Below, in pieces: positions 32,461 to 44,351 of a stretch of 64,000 nt of DNA. Every line of letters starts with the position of its first letter. Position 1 is the first letter of the stretch. The notes beneath the pieces are model-generated. The model was not told the origin of the DNA. It saw only the letters and a list, made by a program, of their open reading frames with translations, and did not search any database. Both the position numbers and the translations under genes were made by a program. Origin of the DNA: Dictyostelium discoideum (lineage: Eukaryota). Where the stretch lies: contig CM000151.3 of the NCBI GenBank assembly GCA_000004695.1, positions 4,288,001-4,352,000 of the forward strand, in the 5' to 3' direction.

Positions 32461-32827
32461 TCTTTATTTATTTTTATATGAATTTTTTTTTTTTTTTTTT
32501 ATTGTAATATATATTTTATTTTATTTTTTATTTTATTTTATTTACTTATGTAATTTCTAATGCCTGATATTTTTAAAAAACAAATAAAATGAAAAAAATA
32601 AAAAAAATAAAAAATTCAACAAAAAAAAAAAAAAAAAAAAAAAAATGAATGAAATAATTTTTTTTTTTTTTTTTAATTTTTAATTTTTTTTTATTTTATT
32701 TAATTTAATTATTAAGAAAATACAAATTTGTATTATCTTGATTTGATAAATATTATTACTTTTTTTTTGTATTTTTAAAATTTTTTTCATTTTTTTTTTT
32801 TTTTTTTTTTTTTCGTTTTTTCACAGT

Positions 32828-34705
32828 TTAATTATTAATTGGTAAATAACCAGCACGTTTCTTATAACGAATATAACCATATGCTCCACCAGCAACAGTA
32901 CCCAAGACAGCAACGATAATTAAGAAAACAGCCCAACCTGGTAATTTCTTATGAGATTGTTCTTTTGAATTAAATTTAATTGAGACAATACCATCATCAG
33001 AGACGGAAACAGAGTAATCTAAAGTGGTGGCTTGACCATTTGTAAGTGGAACGATGGTTGAGAAAGTACCAAGAGTGCTACCAGCACATGAGATGATTTT
33101 ATAGGAATCACCATCACTTGGATTGGTATCGGTGATATCCATGATAAGGGTACCATTGAGTACTAAATTACCGTCGACAGTGATAAGAGCGCCAGCATCG
33201 GTAGAGAGTGTCTCTGCGATGAAAATGGTGGATTCAGCATCCATTTCCAAGTTACCAGCAACAGCGAATTGTTCAGAGGTTTGATCCATATCCAAAACGG
33301 CACCACTTGTCATAATTAAATCACCATTGATAGTAGCGATGGATTGTGGATGAATTCTACCGGCGATCAAATCAACTGAGCCACCAATGATACCACTATC
33401 AATACCAATGTATGAGTCTTTATCCAATGTATCGATTGAACCAAAAAAATTGACTTGATTGAATGCAAGATTACCTAAAAGATTAATTGGATATTTTCGA
33501 ACCCAAGAATCGAATGGACCATTCAAAGTGTTCATTGAGGCATCACTGAAAACGATTTGAGTGAGATTGGTGGAGATGTAACCCAATGAATTGCCACCAT
33601 CAAATTGAACGCTTGGAGTTGGTTGATGGTCTGGATTGATTACAAATGATGATTGTTTATCAGTTAAATGACCAAATGTACAATTTTGAACAAATAGATT
33701 CAAACCACCTGCAACAGTTACACTAATACCCACTGAATTAACATTCCATAAATAACATTCGGATTCAACATTACCTTGCTTGTTGATGTCAAATGTGATT
33801 TGACCATTACCTTGGACACCATTTGCGAAGTTTCCTTTTGGATGGAAACAAATTAAGTTGGCATTTTGTAAGTTAATGCTTGGGAAGTTTGCTGATGCTG
33901 AACCAGAGATGGTGAGATTAGCATTGGTGACCTTGATACTTGGATTACCAGTGTATTTGAATGAATCTGCAATGGTAAGAGCACCACCTTGAACGATGAT
34001 ATCATCATTGAGTGTGACAATCTCCAAATTGGATTGACCATAGAATGTGGTTGGACCAACAATGACTCTATCGTCGGAATTGATACCTGCATTGAAGAAA
34101 CATTCGTTGGCAGTTAAAATTGAATTATCAGTGAATGTTACAGTGGTCCAAAATTGAGCGACACCATTGATTAAAACATTTGAGAATGATTGTGCAGAGA
34201 ATTGGGAGTTTTGATCAGTGAAAATATCTTTAAATTGAAGAATTGAATAGGATGCTTGCATTGTGGATCCGAAAAGTAAGAATTTACCATTAACCTCAAC
34301 ATCATAACCAAATTGAGTGATATTGTTACTCTTTTCATTGTCAAATACAATTGTTGCACTATTGTTACCTGTGAACCCACCTGTCACTTGCATGTTGGTG
34401 TTTTGGAATGATACTACAACATTGACTGCACTTGTACCAACGATATTAATACTTGTGAATATGTTATTGATACCAGAAGCTACAATGAAAACTTGTTTAT
34501 TAGCGTTGGTAACCTTGGTGAAATCAATTACAACATTACTATTATTACTTGGAACTGCTCCTTGTTGCCAATTTGTTGGATCTGTGAATCTACATGGATT
34601 TTCTTGTGCACCACATAATGTTGGATCAAATGCAAAATTAAATGTTTGTGCTGAAATAATTCCAATAAAACAAATTAAAACTAATAATAATTTTATAATA
34701 TTCAT
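32828..34705 (-). CDS. Type I membrane glycoprotein of unknown function, 625 aa: signal peptide, large N/T/S/G/V-rich beta-rich ectodomain, single C-terminal TM, short basic cytoplasmic tail.
   Basis: A complete ORF. The N-terminal MNIIKLLLVLICFIGIISAQT is a likely signal peptide. There are many N-x-S/T sequons. The C-terminal WAVFLIIVAVLGTVAGGAYGYI is a TM segment followed by RYKKRAGYLPINN. No recognised catalytic motif. Confidence 0.6.
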   Translation of the reverse strand: MNIIKLLLVLICFIGIISAQTFNFAFDPTLCGAQENPCRFTDPTNWQQGAVPSNNSNVVIDFTKVTNANKQVFIVASGINNIFTSINIVGTSAVNVVVSFQNTNMQVTGGFTGNNSATIVFDNEKSNNITQFGYDVEVNGKFLLFGSTMQASYSILQFKDIFTDQNSQFSAQSFSNVLINGVAQFWTTVTFTDNSILTANECFFNAGINSDDRVIVGPTTFYGQSNLEIVTLNDDIIVQGGALTIADSFKYTGNPSIKVTNANLTISGSASANFPSINLQNANLICFHPKGNFANGVQGNGQITFDINKQGNVESECYLWNVNSVGISVTVAGGLNLFVQNCTFGHLTDKQSSFVINPDHQPTPSVQFDGGNSLGYISTNLTQIVFSDASMNTLNGPFDSWVRKYPINLLGNLAFNQVNFFGSIDTLDKDSYIGIDSGIIGGSVDLIAGRIHPQSIATINGDLIMTSGAVLDMDQTSEQFAVAGNLEMDAESTIFIAETLSTDAGALITVDGNLVLNGTLIMDITDTNPSDGDSYKIISCAGSTLGTFSTIVPLTNGQATTLDYSVSVSDDGIVSIKFNSKEQSHKKLPGWAVFLIIVAVLGTVAGGAYGYIRYKKRAGYLPINN

Positions 34706-34794
34706 TTTTTGATTTATTTATTTTTTTTTTTTTTTCCCTCTTTTTATTCTTTAATTATACACAAAGAAAAAAATAAAAATAAAAAATTTTTAAG

Positions 34795-34825
<31 letters not shown>

Positions 34826-34858
34826 GAGTGAATGATTGATTTTATTTAAAAAATTTCG

Positions 34859-34889
<31 letters not shown>

Positions 34890-35023
34890 AAATTTTTTTT
34901 TTATTTTTAAAATATCTATATTTTCCCAGGCAACCATAATTGATAAAATTCCCAATTACCTCGACTTTTTGATTACAAAAGAAAACACAAACCTTTATTA
35001 TTAATAGAAAAATTTAGTTATAA

Positions 35024-35059
<36 letters not shown>

Positions 35060-36544
35060 ATTTAAATATATTATATATAATCAAGAAAGAAATACATATT
35101 CTTTAATTCCATCATATATTATAAATTACATGTACCCAAAATAATAATGATGATAATAAAATAAAAAATAAAAAATAAAATAAATAATTGAATAATTCCT
35201 AAATTAATTTTTTTTATATTCGTTAGTTTTTTTTTTTTTTTTTTTAATAAATTTCTAGTATTGGTTAAATGTATTGGGTGGTAATTTTATAGTTATAATT
35301 GAACAATTGAGGAAAAATATAACCATTTAAATTAATATATATATATATATATATATAAATTTTCTTTTTTTTTTAATTAATGTGTTTTTTTTAAAAAAAA
35401 AAAAAAATAAAAAAAAAAAATCAACAAAGAACATAAAACAGTTTGACATTTTTCCTTTTATAAAAAAAATCTTAATTTAAATTATTATAATAAACATCAA
35501 AAACAGAAAAATGGATTAAAGACTGGATTATCAATTTTTTTTCATTGAAAACTCTTTTTTTTTTTTGTTTTTTGTTTTTTTTTTTTTTTTATTTTTTTTT
35601 CATTTTATTTTTTTTTTTTTTATTTTTTTTTTTTAATTAATTCTACATAAAAATTTTTTTTTTTCTTTTCATTATTTTTTTTTCATTCTTTTCGAAAAGA
35701 TTTTTATAAATCATATAATATCTTCATACTCTGGTTTCGCAGATTAAAAAAAAAATAAAAAAAAAATAACAAACAAATAATAAATAAATAACAAGGAATT
35801 AATTAAAATAAATAAAATAAAATAAAATAAAATAAAAACAACTCATTCAACTAATAGATAAATAAAAAAAATACAACAAGAAAAAAAAATAAAAAAAAAA
35901 ATAAAAAAATAAAAAAAAATAAATAAAAAATAAAACTTTTTTTTGACTGTCTTTTATAAATAATATTATTATTTTTTTTTTTTTTTTTGAGTTTATTTTA
36001 TATCAAAGAAAAAAATAAAATAAAAAAAAAACCAAGTGTCTTTTATTCATATGTTTATAAATCACACACCACTCTAATTTGTTGTAAATTGAAAAAGAAA
36101 AATAAAAAATAAAAAAATAAAAAAAAAAAAATAAAAAATAAAAAATAAAAAAAAAAAACAAAAAACAAAATAAAACAAAAGCAAAAACATTTTTTATTTT
36201 TTATTTTATTTTTTCATCAATTATCACTATAAAGCTCAAAAAAGAAATAAAAAGAAATAAAAAGAAATAAAAAAAAAAGAAAAAAAAGAAAAAAAAGAAA
36301 ACAAAAAAAAAAAAAAAAAAAAAATCAATAAAGAAAAAAAAAAAAAAAAATAAATCATTAAAAAATATTTTCAAAGTCAAACAAATAAAGTTCACCACCT
36401 TAATGATTACTACTAATAGAATTAATTATAATTTTCAACAACTTCATACACACACAATTATTACAAATAATTTTCATTTCCACCAAAAGAAAAATAAACT
36501 AATTATAACACCAAGATTATAAATAAAAAAAAAAAAATAAAAAA

Positions 36545-37835
36545 ATGTCAAGCACACCAAATAATAATAATAATAATAAGTAAGTATATTTCATGTTAAA
36601 AAAAAAAAAAAAAAAAAAAATAAATAAGTAAAATAATAAAAACTCATATTAATCTTTTTTTTTCTTCTCACCAAAATTTATTTATTTTATTATTTAAATA
36701 GGGCAGAAAATCAAGCCGATTTCGTAGATGAAGAAGAATGGGCATTTGTAGATCTATGGGATAAATATGATCAAAATCTTTTAGAGAGATTTTGGAATGA
36801 ATTAGTTAAAACAACTTTTAACACTTCAGATATTCAGCCATTGAACGATTGGAATAAAGCAATGTCACCAGAGGCTCATAATAATCCTGATATTCCAGAT
36901 TTACACATATTATTAGCTTTTAAAGCAAGTGATTTGGAAACAATTAAAAATTCAACAGAGGCATTTACAACTACAAATACCTCACCAAGAAATACTTCCA
37001 CAGGTGATAGCAATACAAATACATTTAATACTGGTGGTAGCGGTAGTAGTGGCAATAGTACAACAAATACAACCCCTACTACACCAATTATAGTTACAAC
37101 ATCAAATAGTATTAATATACCAACTAAATTAACCTCATCAACAAGTAGTACATTGATACCAACAGCTATACCAGTTGCAACTCCAACAACTCCAACAACT
37201 CCAACAACAACAGCAACCCCAGCAATTCCAACAACAACAACAACAACACCAAAATCACCAATTTCAGATGACTTGGAATTGTCATCATCATCTTCTTCAA
37301 CTATGAGTAGTATTGATTCAAATTCAACATCATCATCAGCTGTAATTAGTCCAACACCAATTCCATTCATCAATACAAGCACAAACATTTCATCATCACC
37401 ATCTTCAACAATTGTTAGTACTCTAGGTAAAGTAACACCACCACAGATTTTAAATAATCGTACTCAAATTATTGCTGGTGTAATTTTTGAATATTATTCA
37501 AATATTAATTGTGGTTTATTTTTACATATGATTATTCAAAAAAAATTTAGAAATATGGTAAGTAAAAATTTAAATAATTTTTTTGTTGTTTTTTTTTTTT
37601 TTTTTAAAATAAATATTAAATTTTTTTTTAATTTATTACTATTATTTTTAGGGATTAGAAGGATTATTAGTTAAAAGAGCAATTGAAATTTTAGATAAGA
37701 ATGCACATTCTCATGGTCATTTAGCAGGTTGTAATGCAATTTTCTTTGAAACTAAATCAGCATCAAATCCAGCTGGTACCAGTACCAGTACCAGCACCAG
37801 TACTAGTACTAGTACTAATTCTAGTGGTAGTAGTA

Positions 37836-37934
<99 letters not shown>

Positions 37935-40900
37935 GTAATAATAATACTTTATGTGTATCTACAAGTGGTGGAAGTAGTCATCAAGATATTAATAAAATTG
38001 ATCCAAGACAACAACATTCAATTTTACATAAGATTGGATTTAGATTAGTAGATTTTGATTATACAAAACTACCATTAAAGAGATTAGGTAAATCAAATAA
38101 TCTCCTATTGACAGTTTATCTTTCGCCACATATACCATCACAAAGTAGTTTAGATGGTGATAAATATTATTTACCATCAGTATTATTAAAGAATTTCGTA
38201 TATGACCTTTGGGATACATCTTATTTGACAGAAAAAGTTAATAGAAAACCAGATGAAGATCCAGAATATGGAAGAGCATTGGAACAAATCGAATTACGTG
38301 AAAAGATACCATTGTTAGATTTACCATGGGGTGCAGGTAAACCATGGACATTAGTTGACCTCTATGAGGATTATGATGAAGAATTATTGGAACGTTGTTA
38401 TAGAGAAGTCATGGTACCAAGTGTGAAACATAGTGAAATTCCTTCACTTGGTAACGTTTTAAGGGCAATGTCTCCCGAGGGTGATGATTCATCCTATCTA
38501 CCAGATGTTCATGTCCTTTTAGCAGTACGTTGGCCAACTGATTTCCATAAGGATGGCAATTCATCATCGCCAATCATCGATGGTCTTTGTGTTTTCGAAT
38601 ATCATACCGAACAAAATTGTGGAATACTCACTCATTTAATTTTACAAAAAAAGAATAGAACATCATTGAATGATGGTTTGGATAGTTTATTAGTGGATAG
38701 TGCCGTAGATATCCTTGATACCAATGCAAGAGAACGTGGTAATTTGGCAGGTTGTAATGCAATTTTCATTCATATTAAAAATGCCCCAACTTCACCAGTT
38801 AGTCCAGATGTTGTTGATATTTGTCAACATCATATGGTATTATATAAAATGGGATTCAAACTTTTAGACTTTGATTTCTATATACCACCATTGGATTTTC
38901 ATTCAGCACCAAAGAAAATGATGTTAGGTTTATTCATTACACCATTGATCCCAAAATCAAATGAAAAAGGTGATCGTCCATTCATTCCATCAAATCTATT
39001 GAAATTATTTGTTGAACTTCAATGGAATAATGCTTTTGGTTCAGAACAAATTAAGAATTCACCAAATACCTACTTGGAATATCAACGTATGATTGAACAA
39101 ATAGAATTACGTGAACGTATTTCATTATCGGATTTACCATGGGATGCAGGTAAACCATGGACATTGGTTGATCTATGGGAAGATTATGATCAAGAGTTAT
39201 TGGAACGTCTATACAAAGAGATTATGATACCAAACTTTTCAAATAAACACGAATTGGAACCATTGGATAATTGGTTACAAGCATTTACTTCAGAGAATCG
39301 TGATGATCCAAACATTTCCGATCTTCATATACTATTGGCACTTAGATGGAGCGATAATAGTTCACAACCAATCATTGAGGGTGTTATCATCTTTGAATAT
39401 TTCTCTGCAAATAATTGTGGTCTATTAACTTATTTAATCGTTCAAAAAACATTTAAAGGTAAAGGTTTGGATAGAATCCTCGTGGAAACAGCAATTGAAA
39501 TCCTAAATCAAAATGCAAAGAGTCAAGGTTTCCTTCCAGGTTGTAATGCAATCTTTTTGGAGGTTTACAGTGGTGAAAAGGTAACTTTGAAACAAGATGT
39601 AGTCGATCCACGTATGAGACATTCCATCTATCATCAAATTGGATTTAGATTGATAGATTTCGAATATGTTGCACCACCATTAGCTTTGACTTATCCAAAG
39701 TTAAAACATTTCCTTCTCACAGTTTATCTTACCGAACATATTCCAAAGATGCCATTGGAGGAGGGCAAATATTATTTACCAAGTAGCGTTTTAAAGAATT
39801 TTATCACCGTCCTTTGGAAGAATGCAATTGCAACCAAGAAAATCATTAAACAACCACAAAGAGATTCAGATTATGTTAGAATGGTCGAACAGTTTGAGTA
39901 TCGTGAAAAAATACCATTGTTAGATTTACCATGGGGTGCAAGTAAACCATGGACATTGGTTGATCTTAGAGACGATTATGATGAGGATCTTATGGTACGT
40001 TTTTACAATGAGTTGATGTTACCAAATTTCCCAGTGAAAAATGAATTGGAACCATTATCAAATTTCATTAGTGCTCTCTCTGAAGAGAGAAGAGAATCAT
40101 TCAATCCACATTTATCAGAGGTTCATGTTTTATTGGCATTGAGATGGCCAACCGATTCATCCGATTTACAACCAACCATTGGTGCTGGTATTATTTTCGA
40201 ATATTTTTCAAATACCAATTGTGGTTTACTTTCCTATTTGGTGGTACATCGTTCTTCAAGAGGTCAAGGTTTGGCTGGTATTTTGGTTGAACGTGCAGTG
40301 GAACTATTGGATAAACATGCAAAAACTCGTGGTCAATTGGCTGGTTGTAACTGTATTTTCTTGGAAACCAATTCTGCTGAAAAAGTAACCGTACAACAAG
40401 ATGTTATGGATCCACGTATGAGACATACTATCTATTATAAAATGGGTTTCAGAATGATCGATTTCGAATATATTATGCCACCACTTTTTCAAGGTTTTGA
40501 AAAATTACGTGGTGTACTCTTATTGACAGTTTATTTAACTCCTCATATTCCCTATCAAGATGTCAATGGCAAGAAACAATACTATCTACCAAATGTTTTA
40601 TTAAAGAATTTCATCTCTTCACAATGGGAGAATGCATTCCGTAATTCACGTCTCTCTGTTAGACCAAGTCAAGATATCGATTTCACAATGTCATTGGATC
40701 AATTGGAGATTAGAGAACGTGTACCACTATTGGATTTACCATGGGGTGATGGTAAAGATTGGATGATAGTTGACCTTTGGGAAGATTATGATCAAGAGTT
40801 ATTGGATGCTTTCTATAAAAAGTATATGATCACTCAGTTTGGTACTTCCGATGAATTAGAACCATTAGAGAATTGGCATAAAGCTCTCTCAACCGAGGGT

Positions 40901-42064
40901 CGTGATGATCCTAATATTTGCGATCTTCATGTCCTATTAACATTGGGTTTGCCAGGTGAACATAAAGGTAAAGGTCATAAATATATCATTGGTGGTTTGG
41001 TTTTCGAATATTATCCAGAGACAAATACAGCATTGGTCACTTACTTGGTTGTAAATCAACGTTGGTCCGGTAAAGGTATTGGTACTGACTTAATTTTACG
41101 TACTCTCACAATTCTCGATCAAAATGCAAAACAAAAAGGTCATATAGCCGGTTGTAATGCAATTTTCTTGGAAGTTATGTTCTTACCACAATCGGGTGAA
41201 TCAGACTCTTCATTGAGTCATGTTTTCCTTTTCAATAAAGGTTTCCGTTTATTGGATTTCGAATATTATCAACCACCAACCTCTTTAAGAAATCCAAAAT
41301 CAAATAATGTTTGTTTAACCGTTCTATTGACTCCACGTATTCCAAAGCATGGTGTTGGTAGTGAAATTCAACCATTTGTACCATCTTCTTTGTTACGTTC
41401 ATTCATTACAACTCTATGGGAAGATGAATGTGGTTTAATTGGTTATAACTTTGAATCTGATCCATGTTACCTTAGAATGATGGAACAATTGGATGGTAAT
41501 GATTATTTCCATTGTTTAGATTTACCTTGGATTAAACATAGAATCGATCAAAATTCAATCAATCCAAATAATTCCACTCTACCACATATAAACTTTTCAA
41601 ATTCTTTTAATAATTTAAATATTAGTTATTCATCACCAAATCCTGTACATTTAAGAGATTTTAAAAATCAACAACAACAACAACAACAACAACAAGTACA
41701 ACAATTACAACAACAAGTACAAAAAGTACAACAATTGACAGCTGGTACTAATTTAGGTGGTAATAGTTTAAATTCAAGTGGTAGTATTTATAATAATAGC
41801 GGCGATAAAAAATCATCACTACCACCATTACCAAATCCAAATAACCTTAGTAATAATTATGATAGTGATCATCTTACAAAGAATAAAAATTTATTAAAAG
41901 TTTCAACACCAGATGGCAATAGTTCCTCTGCTCCTGGTTCACCAATTTTATCTCCTCAATCAATGAATTCAGTTTTCCCACCAAACGCTCCTTTATCACC
42001 TGCTCTTTATCCTTCAAATTTAAGTAATTCAACATTGGCCCAAAGAGTTACATTGGATAAATAA
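36545..42064 (+). CDS. Giant protein with 5 complete plus 1 partial tandem GNAT-fold (acyl-CoA N-acyltransferase-like) modules. join(36545..36579, 36702..37557, 37652..42064), 1767 aa.
   Basis: ORFs 36841-37674 and 38108-42064 are joined by a GTAAGT...tttttag intron (phase 0), and a short first exon MSSTPNNNNNNK joins via aa|gtaagt...aaatag|g. Each module of about 260 aa carries DLPWG(A/D)GKPWTLVDL(W/Y)EDYD(E/Q)ELLER, then EPL.NW, DPNI.DLH(I/V)LLALRW, IIEGxIIFEY(F/Y)...NCGLLTYL(I/V)V, then an R/Q-x-x-G-x-G/A motif-A region (SRGQGLAGILVERAVELL; SGKGIGTDLILRTL), then GCNAIFLE...DPRMRH.IY.KMGFR.IDFEY..PPL and LLTVYL.PHIP. This matches GNAT beta4-alpha3 (motif A), motif B (Y.K.GF) and the terminal beta strands. 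There are long S/T/P-rich and poly-N (37846-37930) insertions in module 0 and a Q/N/S-rich C-terminal tail. Confidence 0.7.
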
Positions 42065-42306
42065 ATTATAAATAATGTATAAAATCATTCATCTCTTATT
42101 CAAAAATAATCACTTTTTTTTTTATTTTTTTTTTTATTTTCAGATTTTTTATTTTTATTTTTTTTATTTTTATTTTTTTTATTTTTATTTTTATTTTTTT
42201 TATTTTTTTAGATTTTTTTTTTTTTTTTTTTTGTGTAGACCAATTCCATAACTTTTTTTTTTTTTTTACTTTTTTTTTTAAAATTCAAATTAAAAAATCA
42301 AAAACA

Positions 42307-42477
42307 ATGAAGGTTTCACTTTCTTTTCTTTTAACAATTTTAATTGTTATAATTACAATTAAAGTTAATTTATCTCAAGAAATTAAAATTAGTCCATTCT
42401 TTGCAAATAATTTAAAATTTGAACCAATCCCTGACTATATTGAATATGATTCAGAGTAAGTCCTCAATTTTTATTAC

Positions 42478-42519
<42 letters not shown>

Positions 42520-44238
42520 TTTTAATTTTAAATGTAAAAGTTAAGAAACTAACAAAACAATTAAAAATTTATATATAGTTCAGATGCAGGTGAAGCATTA
42601 TTCTTATCAAACTATTTAGATGACCACAAAACCGCAAAACAGAAATCTTGTGTTGATATTGGTGCACCTTTTCAATCATGTGATAAATTATTAGAGATTG
42701 ACTCTAACCTCAGAGATACAGAAGATTTCTTTACATTCACTGGTTTCATCACTGTAAATGAAACTTATAATAGTAATACTTTCTTTTGGTTTTTAGAATC
42801 TCAAAATGGTGATAAAAACTCACCCTTAGTTATCTTTTTACAAGGTGGTAAGTATTTTTATTTTTATTTTTATTTTTATTTTAAAAACAATTTAAAATGT
42901 ATATTAATATTATTTATTTATATTTATTTATATAAAAAAAAAAAAAATATAAAATAGGTCCAGGTGGTGCATCAACTTTTTCACTTTTTGTTGAAACAGG
43001 TCCATATGAACTCCTTGATAATTTCACTTTAGTACAAAGAGAAATTACATGGAATTCAGAATTTGCAATGTTATATATTGATAATCCAGTTGGTACTGGT
43101 TTTTCATTTACTGACTCTCAAGAGGGTTATTCAAATAATGAAGATGAAATTGCAACAAATTTATACACCTTTTTACAACAATTTTATAAACTTTATCCAG
43201 AATATTACACAAATGAATTATATATAACTGGTGAAGTAAGTACAAATCAAATATTTAACATTTTAATTCAATTTTAATACTAATTTTATAAAATAATAAT
43301 AAATAATAAATAATAAATAATAAATAATAAATAATAATTATTTAGAGTTATGCCGGAAAATACATTCCAGCATTTTCATATCACATTATCCAACAAAACC
43401 AAAACTCAAATAATCCAAATATTAATCTTAAAGGTATTGCAATTGGTGACGGTTTATGTGATCCAATTACCCAAGTAACTCAATATGCAAACCTTGCATT
43501 CTATACTGGTTTAGCTGATCTCCAACAACAAGAAGTTATGTTTGAATATCAAGATAAAATTGTTGAAGCAATTAATCAAGAACAATGGTCAGTTGCAAAC
43601 GATTTATTCACTGATTTAATTAATGGTCCACCAGATTATTTCCAAGTAAATATATAGTTTTTTTTATTTCCTATTCTTATATAAATGATTAATTAGTTTT
43701 TTTTTTTTCTTTTTTTTTTTTTTAAAATAAGAATATTACAGGTGAATCAGATTATTATGATATTCGTAAAACTGTTGAACCAACATATGGTGGTGATTTT
43801 ACAGCATTTTTAAATCAATCTTCAATTCGTGCAATGATTCATGTTGGTAATAATTATTTTCAAAATAATAATGATGTTTACATTCATTTAGAACAAGATA
43901 TTCCAAAATCAGTTAAACAATTATTCCCAACCATTTTAGATAATATTAAAGTTATTTTATACAATGGTCAATTTGATTTCATTGTTGGTCCATCTCTCAC
44001 AGAAACAATGATTCGTACTATTGAATGGGAAGGAATTCAACCATTCTTAGAATCACCAAAAATCATTTGGAAAATTCCATCAGATAATGTTGATGTAGCC
44101 GGTTTTGTTAGACAATGGAATAGTTTCACTCAAGTTGTTGTACGTCAAGCAGGTCATATGGTACCTTTGGATCAACCTGCACGTGCTTTTGATATGATAG
44201 ATAGATTTATTAACAATGAACCTTTTCCATCAGGTTAA
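42307..44238 (+). CDS. Serine carboxypeptidase (peptidase S10 family), secreted. join(42307..42455, 42579..42847, 42958..43235, 43346..43645, 43741..44238), about 497 aa. The last acceptor could alternatively be at 43732.
   Basis: Signal peptide MKVSLSFLLTILIVIITIKVNLS. S10 motifs: PLVIFLQGGPGGAS across intron 2, LYIDNPVGTGFSF, the catalytic-Ser motif ITGE|SYAGKYIP across intron 3, and the catalytic-His region VVRQAGHMVPLDQP. Four introns with GTAAGT/GTAAAT donors; all phases close. Confidence 0.85.
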
Positions 44239-44351
44239 ATTAAATTAAATTAAAATTAAAAAATAAAATTGTTTTTATTATAATGTATTGGTAAACTTAA
44301 TATATGTCTTTAATTTATTTATTTTTATTTTTTTTTTTTTATTTTGTTTCA

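Noticed and set aside
36876-38048. ORFs 36876-37388 (-) and 37734-38048 (+, poly-I)
   Set aside because: Antisense and alternate frames of the S/T/P-rich and (AAT)n segments of the multi-GNAT gene.
40179-40492. ORFs 40179-40388 (+) and 40304-40492 (-)
   Set aside because: Nested in or antisense to the multi-GNAT exon.
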